Counted from the first letter of the stretch, positions 16,850-30,852 are shown. The stretch is 64,000 bases of DNA from Octopus sinensis (GCF_006345805.1 NC_043014.1:21328001-21392000); one strand, 5' to 3'. Numbers and translations are program-made. Notes: a model not told the origin generated them from the sequence alone.

Positions 16850-19800
16850 GGCACACCCAGCGCCCCAGGGCAAGTGAAAGTTCAGAGATGTTGAAATATA
16901 ACTGAAAGCCTGGTGAAGGGCAGTGGCGGGGGCAGAAGAGAAATGCTTCCATATAATACAACACAAACATTTAAATTGATAGGGTTTTTTTCTTAGGATG
17001 TGCGCAGTACTTGTCAGCACAATCTTTTGGATTTCCTTCAGACATGGTTCTCCTGAGATGTTGGCTAAATATTTCTGGCATCCCCTTTTATCATACCTAA
17101 AGCACCTACAATAACAGGAACAGTTTTTGCTTTAAGAATTCATATCTTTTGTATTTCAATTACTCGGTACTTATATTTAATAAGTTTGTCAAATTCCTTT
17201 ACAGATATGTTTTTATCAGTGGGAACTCTACATCTATTAGTCTGCAAGTATTTTCTCCCTGTCTTTAATAATTATGTCTGGTAGATTAGACATAGTCTTG
17301 ATCGTTCTGTCTGTGTGGACTGGAAAATTCCAGAGGGTTGTGACATTTTTACCTTCAGCGACTTACTCAGGGTGATGTTCGTACCAGTAAGCAGGAGTCC
17401 CTATTTTGTAGTGTTTACATATTTTACAATGTAAATACTGTCCCACCGTCTTGGCGATTCTTGCATTTGTTTGGTATCATCACAGGACATCTCGAAATGA
17501 GATGGTCTACTTTTTTGTCAAATGTTCGCAGAATTTGCATTTAGGGTCAGTACCGTTTTGGAGAACGTTAGCCTGGACTCCTCAGTCACTGGTGGGTTGT
17601 TGCTTGGTCTACAACAATTTGGCTTCGGAGAATATATTGTCTATGCAAGGGCTTCTGGCTCCACCACTTCTCAATTTGCTTCTGCCCGTTCTTTTTTAAC
17701 AGTTTCCTTGATTCGTTTTGCTTTCTATCGTTTCAGTCTCCTCATCTAATTCAGGGTTAACGCCAAGTTCCCTTTCGAATTTATAAGCTTCCTTCACAAT
17801 AGAATGTGACTTTTTGCTGCTTTCATGTTCGCACACAAATCGCAGCATCCAGTCCTCTGTACTAGATAAGTACCTGTTCATTCCTAAAGTGAAGGTCTTA
17901 TCTGTGTTCCGATTGTCCTTGCACAGAGGCCATCCGGACTCCCGCTTGCGCCGTGAACAGGGATTAATCTTCTCTCTTCGCTCTTTTACGCCATTTGGGC
18001 TCAACTCTGCTCCCCTTTTCATCTAACCTCCTCCCCGACTCCTACTTCTCGTCACCCCTACATCTTTTCACCCCTACTCTCTTTCCCTCTTCTCCCCTAC
18101 TCTCTTTCTCTCTTCTCTCTTTCTCTCTGCTCCCTCACTCTCATTCCTCCTCTCTCCCCCTACCTCCTCCTTCTTCCCACCCAACTCTCCTCTCTTGCCT
18201 CAACTCCTACTTCTCTTCACTCCTACTTCACTCCTACATCTCTTCACTGCTACTTCTCTTCACCCCTACTCTCTTTCCCTCTTCTCTCTTACTCTCTTTT
18301 TCTCTTCTCTCCTCCTCTCTTCTCTCCTACTCAATTTCTATCTTTCTCTCCCCTCCTTCCCTCTTCCCTCTTACTCTCTTTCTCACTTCTCTCTTACTCC
18401 CTTTCTCTCTCCTCTTTTACTCCCTTTCTCTCTCCTCTCTTATTCTCTTTCTCTCTTCTCTCCTACTCTTTCACCCTCTCTTTCTCTCTTCTCTCTTACC
18501 CTCTCTTTCTCTCTTCTCTCTTACTCTCTTTCTCTCTTCTCTCCTCCTCTCTCTCCTCACATACCCACCTTCCCCTCCCCCATAAACCCACCCACCCCTA
18601 CTCCACCTCCCCTATCCCACACCCCTCCCCCATATACCACACTCCTCCCCACATACCTCACCTCTAAACCCACCCTCTGCCTACCCACAATTCCCACTCT
18701 ATCCCAACCCCCAGCCGAACCCACACCCCACCTGTGCTTTCCCCACTCTTTCCTCCACCACCTTCCCCACCTCCCCACAACATCACACCACACCACACTA
18801 CACCATACAACATTACACATCACATCACAACACACCACCCTCACACCATCCCCACATTTTCCCACCTACACATTCATACACACACACGTCCAGACCACCA
18901 GCCTTCTTTCACACGCACATACATACTCTCTTATACACACAGGCACCTTTGTGTTGGGGGCTCCTTCGTGTTGGAGGTCATCTTGACCTTGTTATCTCCC
19001 CTACTTTCACCCTCCCGTCTGACCATTTTGTCCGAGTCAGACGCCATGATAGATCGTTAGCCACTACACACAGCTTTTTCTCTCCTTGTTTTTACTGTGT
19101 ACCTTTCTGTAGAAGAGCGCAGGCGCGAAACGTAAATGACTTTTTCTATTCCTGAGCGCTATACTAATACATCTGTTTGTTTTGTACACCACCTGTCTTC
19201 GTCTTTTGTTTATTTTCGTAAACTTTACCGTCTTAAAGCACAGTTCTAATTGCATCATTCCTCTTCCCCCACTGCTTCTAGGTAGGTACAGACGATCTAC
19301 GTCTGCCTACATCTGCACGTTCTTGAACGTTAATAGTTTTCTTGTCTCCCTGTCCAGGGGTTGGAGTTCCGTAGGATTCTAGTTTATGATATTAAAACTG
19401 TACTGGGCCCTAGAAGGTGCCAGTGTGTTAATGGCTTAAGGACCTTGAGTATCCATTTATGTGCGAAACTATCAAAAAAGCTTTCCTGTAGTCTATTCAT
19501 GTGGGGCACTGCCAAGCGCTTTTCTATAGTCTATCCGTGCCAAACCCGGGCCTTGTTTTTGCTCCGGCAATTATCTTCAATCATTTTATTTATGAGCAAT
19601 TTTTGAACTTGTGGAAAGTTTTGTTCAAGGAAAGCGTACATTCTTTCAGTTATTGTGGATGTTAGGATCTTGTTAGTGGTATTCAGACATGTTATTGGTC
19701 ATTAATTCTTTAGGTTTTTGTTTCTTCGATTTTTGGTAGTAGGTAGGTAGTTCTTTCAGTCAGTCAGGCAGGTATTCGCTCTGAGTTCTGAATGATATCC

Positions 19801-20215
19801 GTTAGAGATACAATGAGATTTTGGTGTCCTTCTATCAAACAATTCAACCATAAGTTAGGGATCCAATCCAGTCCTGTAGTTTTCCATTTGTGAGACTTTC
19901 TAAAAACACCCCCTTAGCTCTTCTATTCTTATTGCTTTCCACTTCTATTCTTCAACTTCATCCAGTCTCTCTTTCTGACTTTCTATCCAGTAAGCTTCAG
20001 CATTAAACTTTTTTTGTTGATCCATATCTTCTTCCAGAACTCTTCCACTTCCTCAATCTGGGGTTGTTTCTTTATTTCTAACTTACTTTTGTAAATTTCC
20101 CTATAAAATTTCTTTGCATCTGTCTTGAATATTTTGTTTTATCGATAAAATTTGATTCTTTTATCATACCTTCTAAGCTGTTGGGCTTTCAGCCGTATAC
20201 GCTGTTCCTTAGTTT
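16850..20215 (-). mobile_element. Second R4/Dong-clade LINE, split by a Penelope insertion at ~17890-19228
   Basis: Upstream part 19230-20215 (WIDYRK..VPH, VDRLYLPRSSGGRGMMQLELCFKT) joins the downstream part 16850-17890 (LGMNRYLSSTEDWML...; KTVPVIVGALG; TAHILRK). Confidence 0.8.
17890..19228 (+). mobile_element. 5'-truncated Penelope-like element: GIY-YIG C-terminus, CT-rich spacer and terminal repeat
   Basis: SRLRREQGLIFSLRSFTPFGLN* is a typical GIY-YIG end. It is followed by a pyrimidine-rich tract and a tail similar to 32440-32550, with a degenerate HHR motif at 19104-19137. Confidence 0.75.
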
Positions 20216-20269
20216 GCCAGGAGGTTTATAAAATCTTTGATTTTATATTTTTGCTTGATTTTTCTAGTT

Positions 20270-23200
20270 TTTCCCGTCTTGGGGAATTATGACCGTGTTT
20301 CGTGGTCTGCTACCACAACAGCTCCTTTATAGGATCCAGTTAGCTCAAGACATCATCAGGAGGAACCACGTCCGGTTTCGGCCCCTACTCCTCTACCGTT
20401 TTGACGTGACGACCCCCTTCCTTTCGGAGGTGTCTTCAGCACTGGTGTTGGGTGCATGTCTTCTTTCTTCTGCTCTCTGGCCTCTTCGATGTAGCGTCAA
20501 CGAGTGTCAGCGGGCGACTGATTGACTTGTCAAATTTTTCCCTTTAAGTACCTGCCGCTAGGCCCCAGCAAGTTGTTACGTTTAACTGACCGATGAAGGC
20601 ACATAGTCTTAGGCCACGCATTCTCTAAACGACCGTCACCTGTCAGTCAGCGAAGCTAATTCAGTGTCAGCTTGTTATTTCCCACCTGCATATTATGACT
20701 TTCAAGCCATTTTTGGTTTTCCCGCTTCAGCCATATATAGAAGTTGGCTTTTTCGACCGCCTCCTGTAATGAGGAGAGCCTTATTGGTTTTCGCAGCTCG
20801 GAGCCAGAAAAAAAAATCTTCTTTTGAATAGCGTTGTCATTTTTCTTTCAATGAAGCCTCTAGCCCCCACTGCCAGGTAGTAATACTTGACATTCCATCC
20901 CTGTACTCTTCGATTAGCTTTTCATACCTCTTCTCCTTTCGTTCCTCTGCATTGCCGATGTTCTCTTCCCATGGCACTGTCAGTTCTAGCAAAATTCCTA
21001 TTCTCCGTTCTCTGTTCCATAGGACTAAATCTGATCTTTTTGTCGTTTTTATTAGTGGAAATATTACTTGTCTTTCCAAATCCGTGGCCACCTCCTAGGA
21101 TCCCTTCCATCTTTCGTCTATCTCATATATTTTACTTGTAGGCCTGGCTTTATATCCTTTTCCCTCCTTCTGGAAGTATACTTTCCTGCGCTTTTCCACT
21201 TTTGGGTACTCTCCCCTATTGTACCTCTCGATCTTCTCCTTGAGTGCTGCGCTTATGACGCCGAGGACTTGGTTATGACGCCATGTATATCTTTTTAGTG
21301 CTAGTCTGCAGTTTGAAAGAACATGTCTAACCGTCGCTTTCTCTCCGCATCTACACTCATCGGTTGTTTTTATGTTCCACCGGACTAAGTTCGCCGGTGA
21401 GGGTAGAACGTCAAAGGTAGACTTGATCAAGAAGGATGTTCTTGCTTGTTCCCAAGCCCAAAGTTCCTTCTATGATATTCTGCAGCTGATCACATATTCC
21501 TCCGATCTCAGACACTGTCCCTGTTGACTGCATTGCACCAAATGTACATTTCGCCTTTCTTCTTTCTCCTTTCTCACTTCGTATACCACTGCCTCTTTCA
21601 TCTCTTTTATACTGCTCTTGCAAAATGGCCTGAAATTGTGCGACCCTAGGCCGGCTCTTGCTTCTTGCGTCGCTCCGACTATATCCGCGTGCCTTAGTTT
21701 TCCGATTGCCCTGTTTACTGCCTCTTCTGCCTCCCATTTCCTCCCTGTTCGTACTTTGGAGGGTTTTCCCGGATGCTCTGATCTTTTGAATACCATAGCA
21801 TCATTTCTGTCCTTGCCTATCCGGCCTTATATTCTTCAGCAATGGATGTTATTGGTAGTTGCAGCACGGGTTTTCCATATAGTGCAGTTGTATTCAGTAG
21901 TTTCAGCAGACCAAGCCATTTTCTGATAAACACACTGCATCTTTGTTCCATCCTTTCTACTCTACTCGAGGCTATTTCGTACATTTGCAATGGCCACATT
22001 ATCCTTGGGTACAGCCCAAACTGCAGTATCCAATATCTGAATTTTCCCGGCAGCGTTGTTCTGTCAATTGCCTTTAATCCTTGTTCTACTAACTCGTGTG
22101 TTTCTTTCCCTTGTTTCTTATCATTTAATGAATCTCTATACCATCTGTCGAGACTCTTTACTGGTTTTTCTTTCACCGTTAGTATGTCTTCACCTCCTAT
22201 CCTGAATTTCACTTCTTCTTGCATTCCTTTCTCGAAAGCCACGCTTCGAGATGTTTTGGCTTTGAATTTCATCCTTGCCTATCCTATCATCTCGTCCAAC
22301 CGCTCTAACGTTCCCTCTGCTGCTTCTCTACTTTCCGATAATACAGTAACGTCGTCCATAAAAACCCTTAATGGTGTCTTTATAACAGCTTTCCTACAGT
22401 TTGTAGATCTAAGTAACATTTCCATGACTAGCACGAATAAGATGACTGATATCGTGCATCCGGCTGCAATACCTACTTCAAGCTGTTGCCACTCCGTTGT
22501 GAACTTTCCTGCTGTAAATCTCATCCTCAGGTTGTCGTAATAGAACATGAGCATTCGTTGAACATCTTTTGGAATCCAAAAGAAGTCCATCGCTGTTTTT
22601 ATTAGTGCGTGCGGAACAGATCCATAAGCATTGGCAAGATCTAGTCAAACAATATACAGGTTTTTCTTCAGTTGTCTTGCACAGGTGATGGCAAATGCGT
22701 GTTCTATGCACCCAGGGATTCCGGGGATTCCTGCTTTTTGGATTGCTTCATTAACGTACCCGTTATGCTGTACGAATCTTATGATTCGTCTAGCAATAAT
22801 TCCAAACATGATTTTCCCGTCAGTATTTAATAATGAAATTAGTCTAAATTGTCCTAGTGTTTTTGCATCTTTTTCTTTAGGTAGATAGATACCTTCGGCT
22901 ATACACCATCGCTCCGCTACATCTTTCTTCTTCCACATTTCTCTTATCAGTGCAAACAGCTGCAAACGTAATTTTGGGCAATATTTGTATACCTTGTAGT
23001 TCACTCCATCGTTCCCTGGTGCACTTTTTGCTCTTGCTTTCCTTACGAACTCATCCATTTCTTTCCATTTGATGTCACTCATATCAAATGGTACTCTTGG
23101 TTCAGGTGGCTTCTTCAGTCCGTGCATTTCTGGGAGTACTTTATTTCTGTCAGAGTCGCTGTATGTCTCTTTCAGATGTTGTTCGAGCTCTTCTTTCGTG

Positions 23201-23620
23201 CAATCCAATTTTCCGCTTTTATTTTCAGTAAATAAATGTTTCGCATATTGATAGGGATTGTTCACAAAGCTACAATAGTTTTTCTCTCTCTCCTTTCTTC
23301 TGCTCTTCCTTCTTTGTTTTCTTAGCAGATCTCGATGCCTCTTTTTTATCTCTTCATATAGCTGCTTTAGCCCTTCTCTTTCCTCCACCTTTGCATCCTT
23401 CCATCTGGTTCTGAGTTTTTTCTTCTCTTCTCGAATCTTTACGATCGTCTTTCTCTCCTCGATGGTCCGCTCTTTGCCGTTGATTCTACCTTCCCCGTTG
23501 TTTCCAGTCCAAATCTTTTCGCTCCTTCCTGGCAGATTGTATTAGCCAAGTTTTCGAGCTTTTGTTCGTCGTCGCCTTTGAATTTGATGGTCATTCTTGC
23601 TACCTCGTTGTCAAATTTTT
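20270..23620 (-). mobile_element. HERO-type (R2 group) non-LTR retrotransposon, decayed ORF plus 3' UTR
   Basis: SAPGNDGVNYKVYKYCP, QFRLISLLNTDGKI, QKAGIPGIPGCIEH, LDLANAYGSVPH, GIAAGCTISVILF, FMDDVT, LPGKFRYWILQFGLYPRIMWPL, GRKWEAEEAV, FDVLPSPANLVRW, C..C..HVLSNC, RYTWRHNQVL, RSDLVLW..LELTVPWEE. Confidence 0.9.
20346..20410 (-). ncRNA. Candidate non-circularly permuted hammerhead ribozyme in the HERO 3' UTR
   Basis: Minus strand GTCACGTC AAAA CGGTA GAGGA GTAGGGGCC GAAACCG GACGTGGT TCCTC CTGATGA TGTCTTG. Helix III CGG/CCG, helix I GAGGA/TCCTC, GUA triplet, intact CUGAUGA and GAAA. Confidence 0.65.
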
Positions 23621-23763
23621 TATAACGCGGCCCTTGTTGTGCCGAGTGATGACCAATCCGGTGTAAGTTTTGGTTTGATGTCATTAAACCATTAACGATA
23701 ACATTAGGAGACTGGTATTTTTGTTCAGAGTAAATTTTTTGACAGGACACGGCTTCCGAGTTC

Positions 23764-23821
<58 letters not shown>

Positions 23822-23841
23822 TATCATTATTATTATTGTTG

Positions 23842-23893
<52 letters not shown>

Positions 23894-23936
23894 CATTATT
23901 ATTATTGTTGTTATTATTATCATCATTATCATTATC

Positions 23937-24007
<71 letters not shown>

Positions 24008-24251
24008 TATTATTATTGGTAGAATCGGTAGATTACGGAGTTAGATACAATGTTGCATTGTATGTCAAATAATGCGATCTCGAAACTGCTTTTCATCCTT
24101 CTTGAGTTCATAAAATAACGGTTTCGTTCGGATTTGACATAAAGTAATATGCATCTATACATACATATATAGATGTGTGTGTGTGTATGTGTGTGTGTGT
24201 ATGTGTGTGTGTATATACATACATCCTATTTATATATATATATATATATAT

Positions 24252-24303
<52 letters not shown>

Positions 24304-25427
24304 CGTGTGTGAGTGAATATATGTATGGGTGGATTAAAACAGATAGCTAGATTTGTTAGTATAAAGGTAGGTAGGTAGTTTAATAAATAGATAGAGATAG
24401 AGAGAGATGTATGTACACATATATATGTGTATCTACATACACTTATAGTATACATACAAATCTACGTATATATATGTGTGTGTGCGTGTGTGTATACATA
24501 TATATACATACACATGTACACACACACATACATACACGCACACACACACACACACATACACGCACACACACACACGCACGCACACACACACACATATATA
24601 TACACGCATATATATATACATAGTAACAAATATTCGAGAATATGTATAAAGATGTAAATACAACCTGAAATGTATGTCGAATTATATATGTACTTACACA
24701 CCTAGACATATACATAATATATACACATATAAATAGTTATAGGCATATAAATACATAGATATATATAACCATATAGAAGTGAATGTGCATATATCTACGT
24801 ACACACACTGACACGCACACACATATCTATATATATTCACAAAATATAGATCCTCACAAAAATATTCCACGCATGTATGTACTCACATACATTTACATAT
24901 GATACACACAAATACGTGTGTGTAGGTGTTTATATAAACTCATATATATTGCCTATAGTTAAGCAAGTATTGCTGTATGTATTATTAAAAGCAGAAACTA
25001 ATAAAATATACACATGCTACTTATGTATTGAGTACTTTCCCCTGTTTTTAGACACAAACATTCACCATCCATATATTTATGCGTGTATATATATTTATGT
25101 AAGTGTGCATAGATGTAAAGTAGTTATGCATATATTATTGAAAAGATAGATGTTGGTAATGTGCGTACTTATGTATGCTATATTGTATATGAACACATTT
25201 TAATAGTGTTGTATATGTATATATATATATACATACATACATACATACATACATACATACATCATACATACATACATACATACATACATACATGATAATA
25301 TGTATGTAAGTGTATGTGATTATTTGTAAAGTATGTATGGATGTATATGTACTCATATGTATATATGCGTGTGTATATGTGTAATTGCGTGTGATTCTGT
25401 ATGTGTGATTGTGGGTGGGTGTGATTT

Positions 25428-25458
<31 letters not shown>

Positions 25459-25550
25459 GTACGTGTGTGTGTGTGCGTGTGTACGTGTGTGTGTGTGTGT
25501 GTGTGTGTACGTGTGTGTGTGTGCGTGTGTACGTGTGTGTGTGTGTGTGT

Positions 25551-25595
<45 letters not shown>

Positions 25596-26072
25596 TTGCG
25601 CATATGTGTCTGTGTGCGAGTGTTTTATGCGTAACACCAATACCATTACCTCTAAGCCTCGCAACGTGGAATGGCGCATTTTAAGGAATTATCTTCATTC
25701 TTCCTTTCTGTAAATGCTTTCCAAAGAAATTTGTCTTGACAGTGGAAATTTGGCAGCCATTAAAGATGGCGTCTTGTAGAAGAGTGTCTACTGGAGGCCA
25801 TTTTGTTGGAGTGCTCTGTTCGTTTTTCTACGTGAAATTACAGCTTTAATGAATATAGAGTATGTGTAGTGAATGGCATGGGGTCTTTTCCTTGACTCTC
25901 CTTTTCGACCATCATCACCACCACCACCACCACCATCGCCATCTTCTCTTTCTTTTCTGTTAGCTTTTTTTTCATGTATTTTGCTTTGTGTATTGTTGTT
26001 GTTATTGTTGTTGTTGTTGTTAGTGATAGTGATGTTGTTTTCTATTGTTTCTTTGTGTTTTACATGTTTGTT

Positions 26073-26138
<66 letters not shown>

Positions 26139-26663
26139 CGTGTTGATGGCGATGATGATCATGATAGTGATTACGATGATGATTATAAGGAGGATAATAA
26201 TGAGGAAGATGATGATGACGATAATGATAGAAATTGTGATGTCGGTGGTGGTGGCGGCGGCGATGGTGGTGGTTGTGGTGGTGTTGGTGGGGGGGGGGTA
26301 GTAGTGGTGATGATCGTCGTTGTTGTGCTGGTGGTAATGTTTATACGGATGTTTTGTGCGGCAATTTGGATGGGAGTAGCGGGGTTGTATTTTAAAATGA
26401 TGATGATGGTGGCGATGTAATGTTGACGATGGTAATGATGATGAAGATGATGATAATAATGATGATGATGGCAACGATGATGATGGTAATGATGATGGTA
26501 ATGATGATGATGATGATGATGAGGTATGATGGTAATAATAATGATGCTGTTAATCTTGTTGTTTCTTGTTGTGTATGCCGCTGCTGCTGCTGCTGCTATC
26601 GGGAAAGGAGACAATGTGTGCAGAATGTCAGAGGTCGTTGCTTGAAGGTTAGTCGTAGTAAGA

Positions 26664-26734
<71 letters not shown>

Positions 26735-26745
26735 GTAGTAGTAGT

Positions 26746-26795
<50 letters not shown>

Positions 26796-27045
26796 CAGCA
26801 GCAGCAGCAGTGGCAACAGCAGCATATATACAGATATATATATATATATATTATGTGTGTGTATATGTATATGTACGTGTGTGTGTGTGTGTGTGGTGTG
26901 TGTGTGTATGATGCAAAAAGGGGGAAAGTAGAACGCAGTACACATAATATGGTTGATTTATTCATTAAAACTTAGTATCGACTGTCATTGGTCTCAGTAT
27001 GAATCTACAGTAAGTGTTACTTCATGCTTCTGAAGTACCGTTTAA

Positions 27046-27081
<36 letters not shown>

Positions 27082-28577
27082 TATATACGAATATAGACGA
27101 ATATGTATTGAACGCTGCTTATCATAATCGCGAGTAATGTTAACTGGCTCTTGTCACCAAAATCAGTGGATGGACTTCGCGTTAGTCTAATAACAATTAG
27201 CGAATTTCACTGTATGAATGTGTGTTTGTGTAATTACAAGTATATGCGCTTAGCATGGCTGTATGTGTATGAACATATACGCATATACGTCTGTGTGTAC
27301 TTGTGGGGATGAGGAGAGCTTGAGAGGCAGAGAGAGAGAGAAGGAAGGAGACACAGAGAGAGGACAGAGAGAAGGGGACAGAGAAAGGGGAACAGAGAGA
27401 AGAGGAAAGAGAGAGGGGACAAAGAGAATGAGAAGAGAGAGAGGACTGAGAGAGAAAGATCGTGCCTTCGTGTATTCTGGATTTAATTTTCAAATTTCTC
27501 ACTTATAGAATAGGATCAAGTTTCAAACACAGAAACAAAAGGTTCTTTTTTTCTTTCACTAGAATCTAGGCATCACTTGAGTATATATGCATGTTGCTTC
27601 TTCTCTTTCTCTTTTAATTTGGAGTAAATTTTGACCAGCCACCGACTTAGTAGCAATGAAGGAAAGCATCTTGTTTCAACCATCATCCTTTAAATCTTAA
27701 AAAGGTCTTGCAGGTCTCAGATCTCGTGATCATTTGTATGAACTAAGCATTTGTGTTCTCTCCCCAACATCCGAAGTTCAGCCATACTTTGCTCCATACG
27801 TGTTGGTATGTATATTGTTGTTCTAATAACAATAATATATGTATGTATATGCGTCAATAAGCATCCTTTAGCATGTGTGCAGCCATGGATGTTACTGCTT
27901 GTGTGGATTTCAGTGTTTTGTCCAAATACCCACTAATAATTACAGCTATAAGTCCAAAGCTATGAAGCATCTCCAGACTACGGCATTGATGCTTTCTTTT
28001 CCATTAATATCTAAACACAGCATGATATTAATATTTGTTGTACACTACTATGATTTCCACTGCTACAATCCATTTCTTTACACTGTATCAGACTTGTATT
28101 AAGACGGAGGGGGCGCTTTATGGCTCTCAACAAACACAATCATACTGTTGTTTCTGGCAAGCTAACAAAATCGTCACCGTTCCCAACAAAATGCTTAGCG
28201 GCATTTCTTCTGAGTTCAAATGCTGTCGGGATCGACTTTGCTTATCATCATTTGGGAGGGGGAAAATATAGAAGTAAGAGTGATTGTGTGGTAAGAAGTT
28301 TCCCGGGTCCAATCCCACTGCATAGTACCTTGGGCAAGTGTCTCCTACTATAGCCTTGGGCATACCAAAGCCTTGTGAGTGGATTTGATACATGGATTTG
28401 CTGATATTCAAGCTGTTGTTGCTAATGTCTTCCAAAGAGAAGTAGTTGTCATGGTGGTGGTCATGATGGTGGAAGTATCAGTCGTGCTGTGGTGATGGTG
28501 ATTGTGATGGTTATGTTGACGAAAACGTGTGCAGAATATCAGAGCTTGTTACTTGAAGGTTAGTTATGGTAAGAGAC

Positions 28578-28658
<81 letters not shown>

Positions 28659-29099
28659 CAGTTGTAGTAGTAGTAGTAGTAGCAGCAGCAGCATATAAAC
28701 AGATATTATTGGTATTGTGAGATTTAATACAGGAGAGTTATAGGCAGATACACGCATACCTGTATCTGTAGTATGTATATATGCATATAGCCAGCCAAAT
28801 AATGCTGAAATAGGCATCGAGCATTCTCACCACCATTGCTGGACAATTATCGTCTTCTACTGATATATTTTGGGCATCTTTAACAGAGTACGTCCATAAG
28901 GCGAATACCGCAGTTAATTTGGCTTCGTGACATATTTGTGTCGTTAAGTGTGATACAAATTGATATATCTATTTGTGTATGTATGTATGTGTGTATACAC
29001 ACATACATACATACACACACATACATACATACACTCATATGCGTACATACATACATACATACATACATACATACATACATACATACATACATACATACA

Positions 29100-29960
29100 T
29101 ACAATGAACATGGAGAGAGACATGAAATAAGAACTTATACAGATTTCTCCCCAAGAAGCATTGGTAAAATCTACTTATCAGAACAACAGAAGAAAAAAAC
29201 GAACCAGTTCACTGAGAAGATAGTATATGGGTACTTGACACGTAAAACAAAGACCATGGAAGGGATCGATCATATCAACAGCTTGGCATAGAGTACCGAC
29301 AATTTATGAGATCCCACTTTGAAGGCTAAATCCATGCAATCCAAGAACAAGAGATCCCTACCAGGTCCCTACAACATTAAGAGGCTAAAATACGTTGACA
29401 GACAAATGAAGGCTGTGTAAGATCAAGGCCGAAGACATCAACCACATTATTGCCAATTGTTAGAGAGTGTCTTCCAGATATTATCTTCTGCGAAGGCATG
29501 ACACGATAGCAGAACGGTTTAGAACAGGATAATAAAAAAAGAGAATACCTACAAACGAAGCGGACCACATTGAGATCAATGACTCAAAAGAATAGCTACC
29601 AAGTTAAAACACAACCGGCCAGATATTGTTGTTGTGGAATCACAAAGAAAAGACATGTTCTGTTGCGGAAATCAGCTGCCTCTTTACGCGAATGTGGTTT
29701 GAAAAATACAAGAGAAAGAGGACATCTGCGGACCATTGAAATGGAGTTCGCAAAATTAATACCCAAGATACACTTTCAACTTCATACCCATTATTATTGG
29801 AACAGCAGGATTCGTACTAACCCGTCTGGAGCAAAATATAACTGAACTTGCAGTTTTAGGGAGAGGATGTGAATCCTTAATTCATATGCTACAAATAATC
29901 ACGATATCTGGAACTATAAAAATCTGTAAGACCTTCCTAAGATTTAAAGGATGACGATTA
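29100..29960 (+). mobile_element. Highly decayed R4/Dong-like LINE 3' part (family of 34140-36070)
   Basis: Clear similarity to 35290-36070 (ccagttcactgagaag, cccactttgaaggct, aatctgtaagacctt). Confidence 0.65.
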
Positions 29961-30399
29961 AATCATGATACTTTCCTTCTCAACCTTGCTACTAAGTCGG
30001 TGACAGGTCAACATTTTAAAAATTACATTGCCATAAGTGCCAATCCTGAGAAATTTGAGTTCTCAAAACCAGAAAGGAGAAAGAAGATCGAAGACTTCAC
30101 ATCAAAGCCATCACTGGAATAGTAAAAATTTATAAAACTTTCCAGAAATTTATCATTTATGTATATATGCGCATGTCTAGATATGAATGAAAATACACAC
30201 ATAAAACAAAACATAAGAATGTGTGCATGCATTGATTTTAAATACTGCTCATATTCAAATAAGGTAACCCCGAAAAGGACTTTAATGCGCTCCCAGAGTA
30301 TATAGAACATAGTAGGAAATACTAATAAGGTATGTATACTAAAATCGTGAAGTATGTTACGTAATAACAGGCTAATAATATATGAGATAATAACAATTC

Positions 30400-30852
30400 A
30401 AAGTAAATAACTCTGAAAAGGGCTTTTGTGCGTTCCCAGAGAATATTACCCTCACGGACACTAGTGTTGGTATATTCGTGAATAAGTCACTGACCGAGAT
30501 AAGTGGATCCATTGTTTAAGAAAATACTATTTACTTGTTTAAGGGCTGTACTGAATAAATTGCGAAAATAAATCTAACAGTTTAAATACTGAGAATTAAG
30601 CACACTCAATTTCATTTTTACCAAATAATTTAGGAAACTGAATAGTTTATTTCCCTTGGCTATATATAAGGATCCCTTCCAGGGGCCCTATTATATATTT
30701 TTTTCAACAATATGAGTATACCATGAGGTGTCCAGACATGAGTTCTACCCACGTATCAAGTTTCATCAAAATAGATAAAACGATGTAGGAGGAGTTAGTT
30801 AACAACTCTACAAACGCGCCCACAGACAGAATTTCCCACATATGTAGTAGAT
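30400..30852 (+). mobile_element. Possible non-autonomous Helitron/Helentron-like element end
   Basis: aagtttcatcaaaat...gtaggaggagtt...acagacaga...atatgtagtagat resembles invertebrate DINE/Lep1-type Helitron ends. Confidence 0.35.

Noticed and set aside
20410-20445. CTGAAGA..GAAA..GTC upstream in the HERO 3' UTR
   Set aside because: GAAA appears to be a hairpin tetraloop (CCTCC GAAA GGAAGG) and the hammerhead helices do not form
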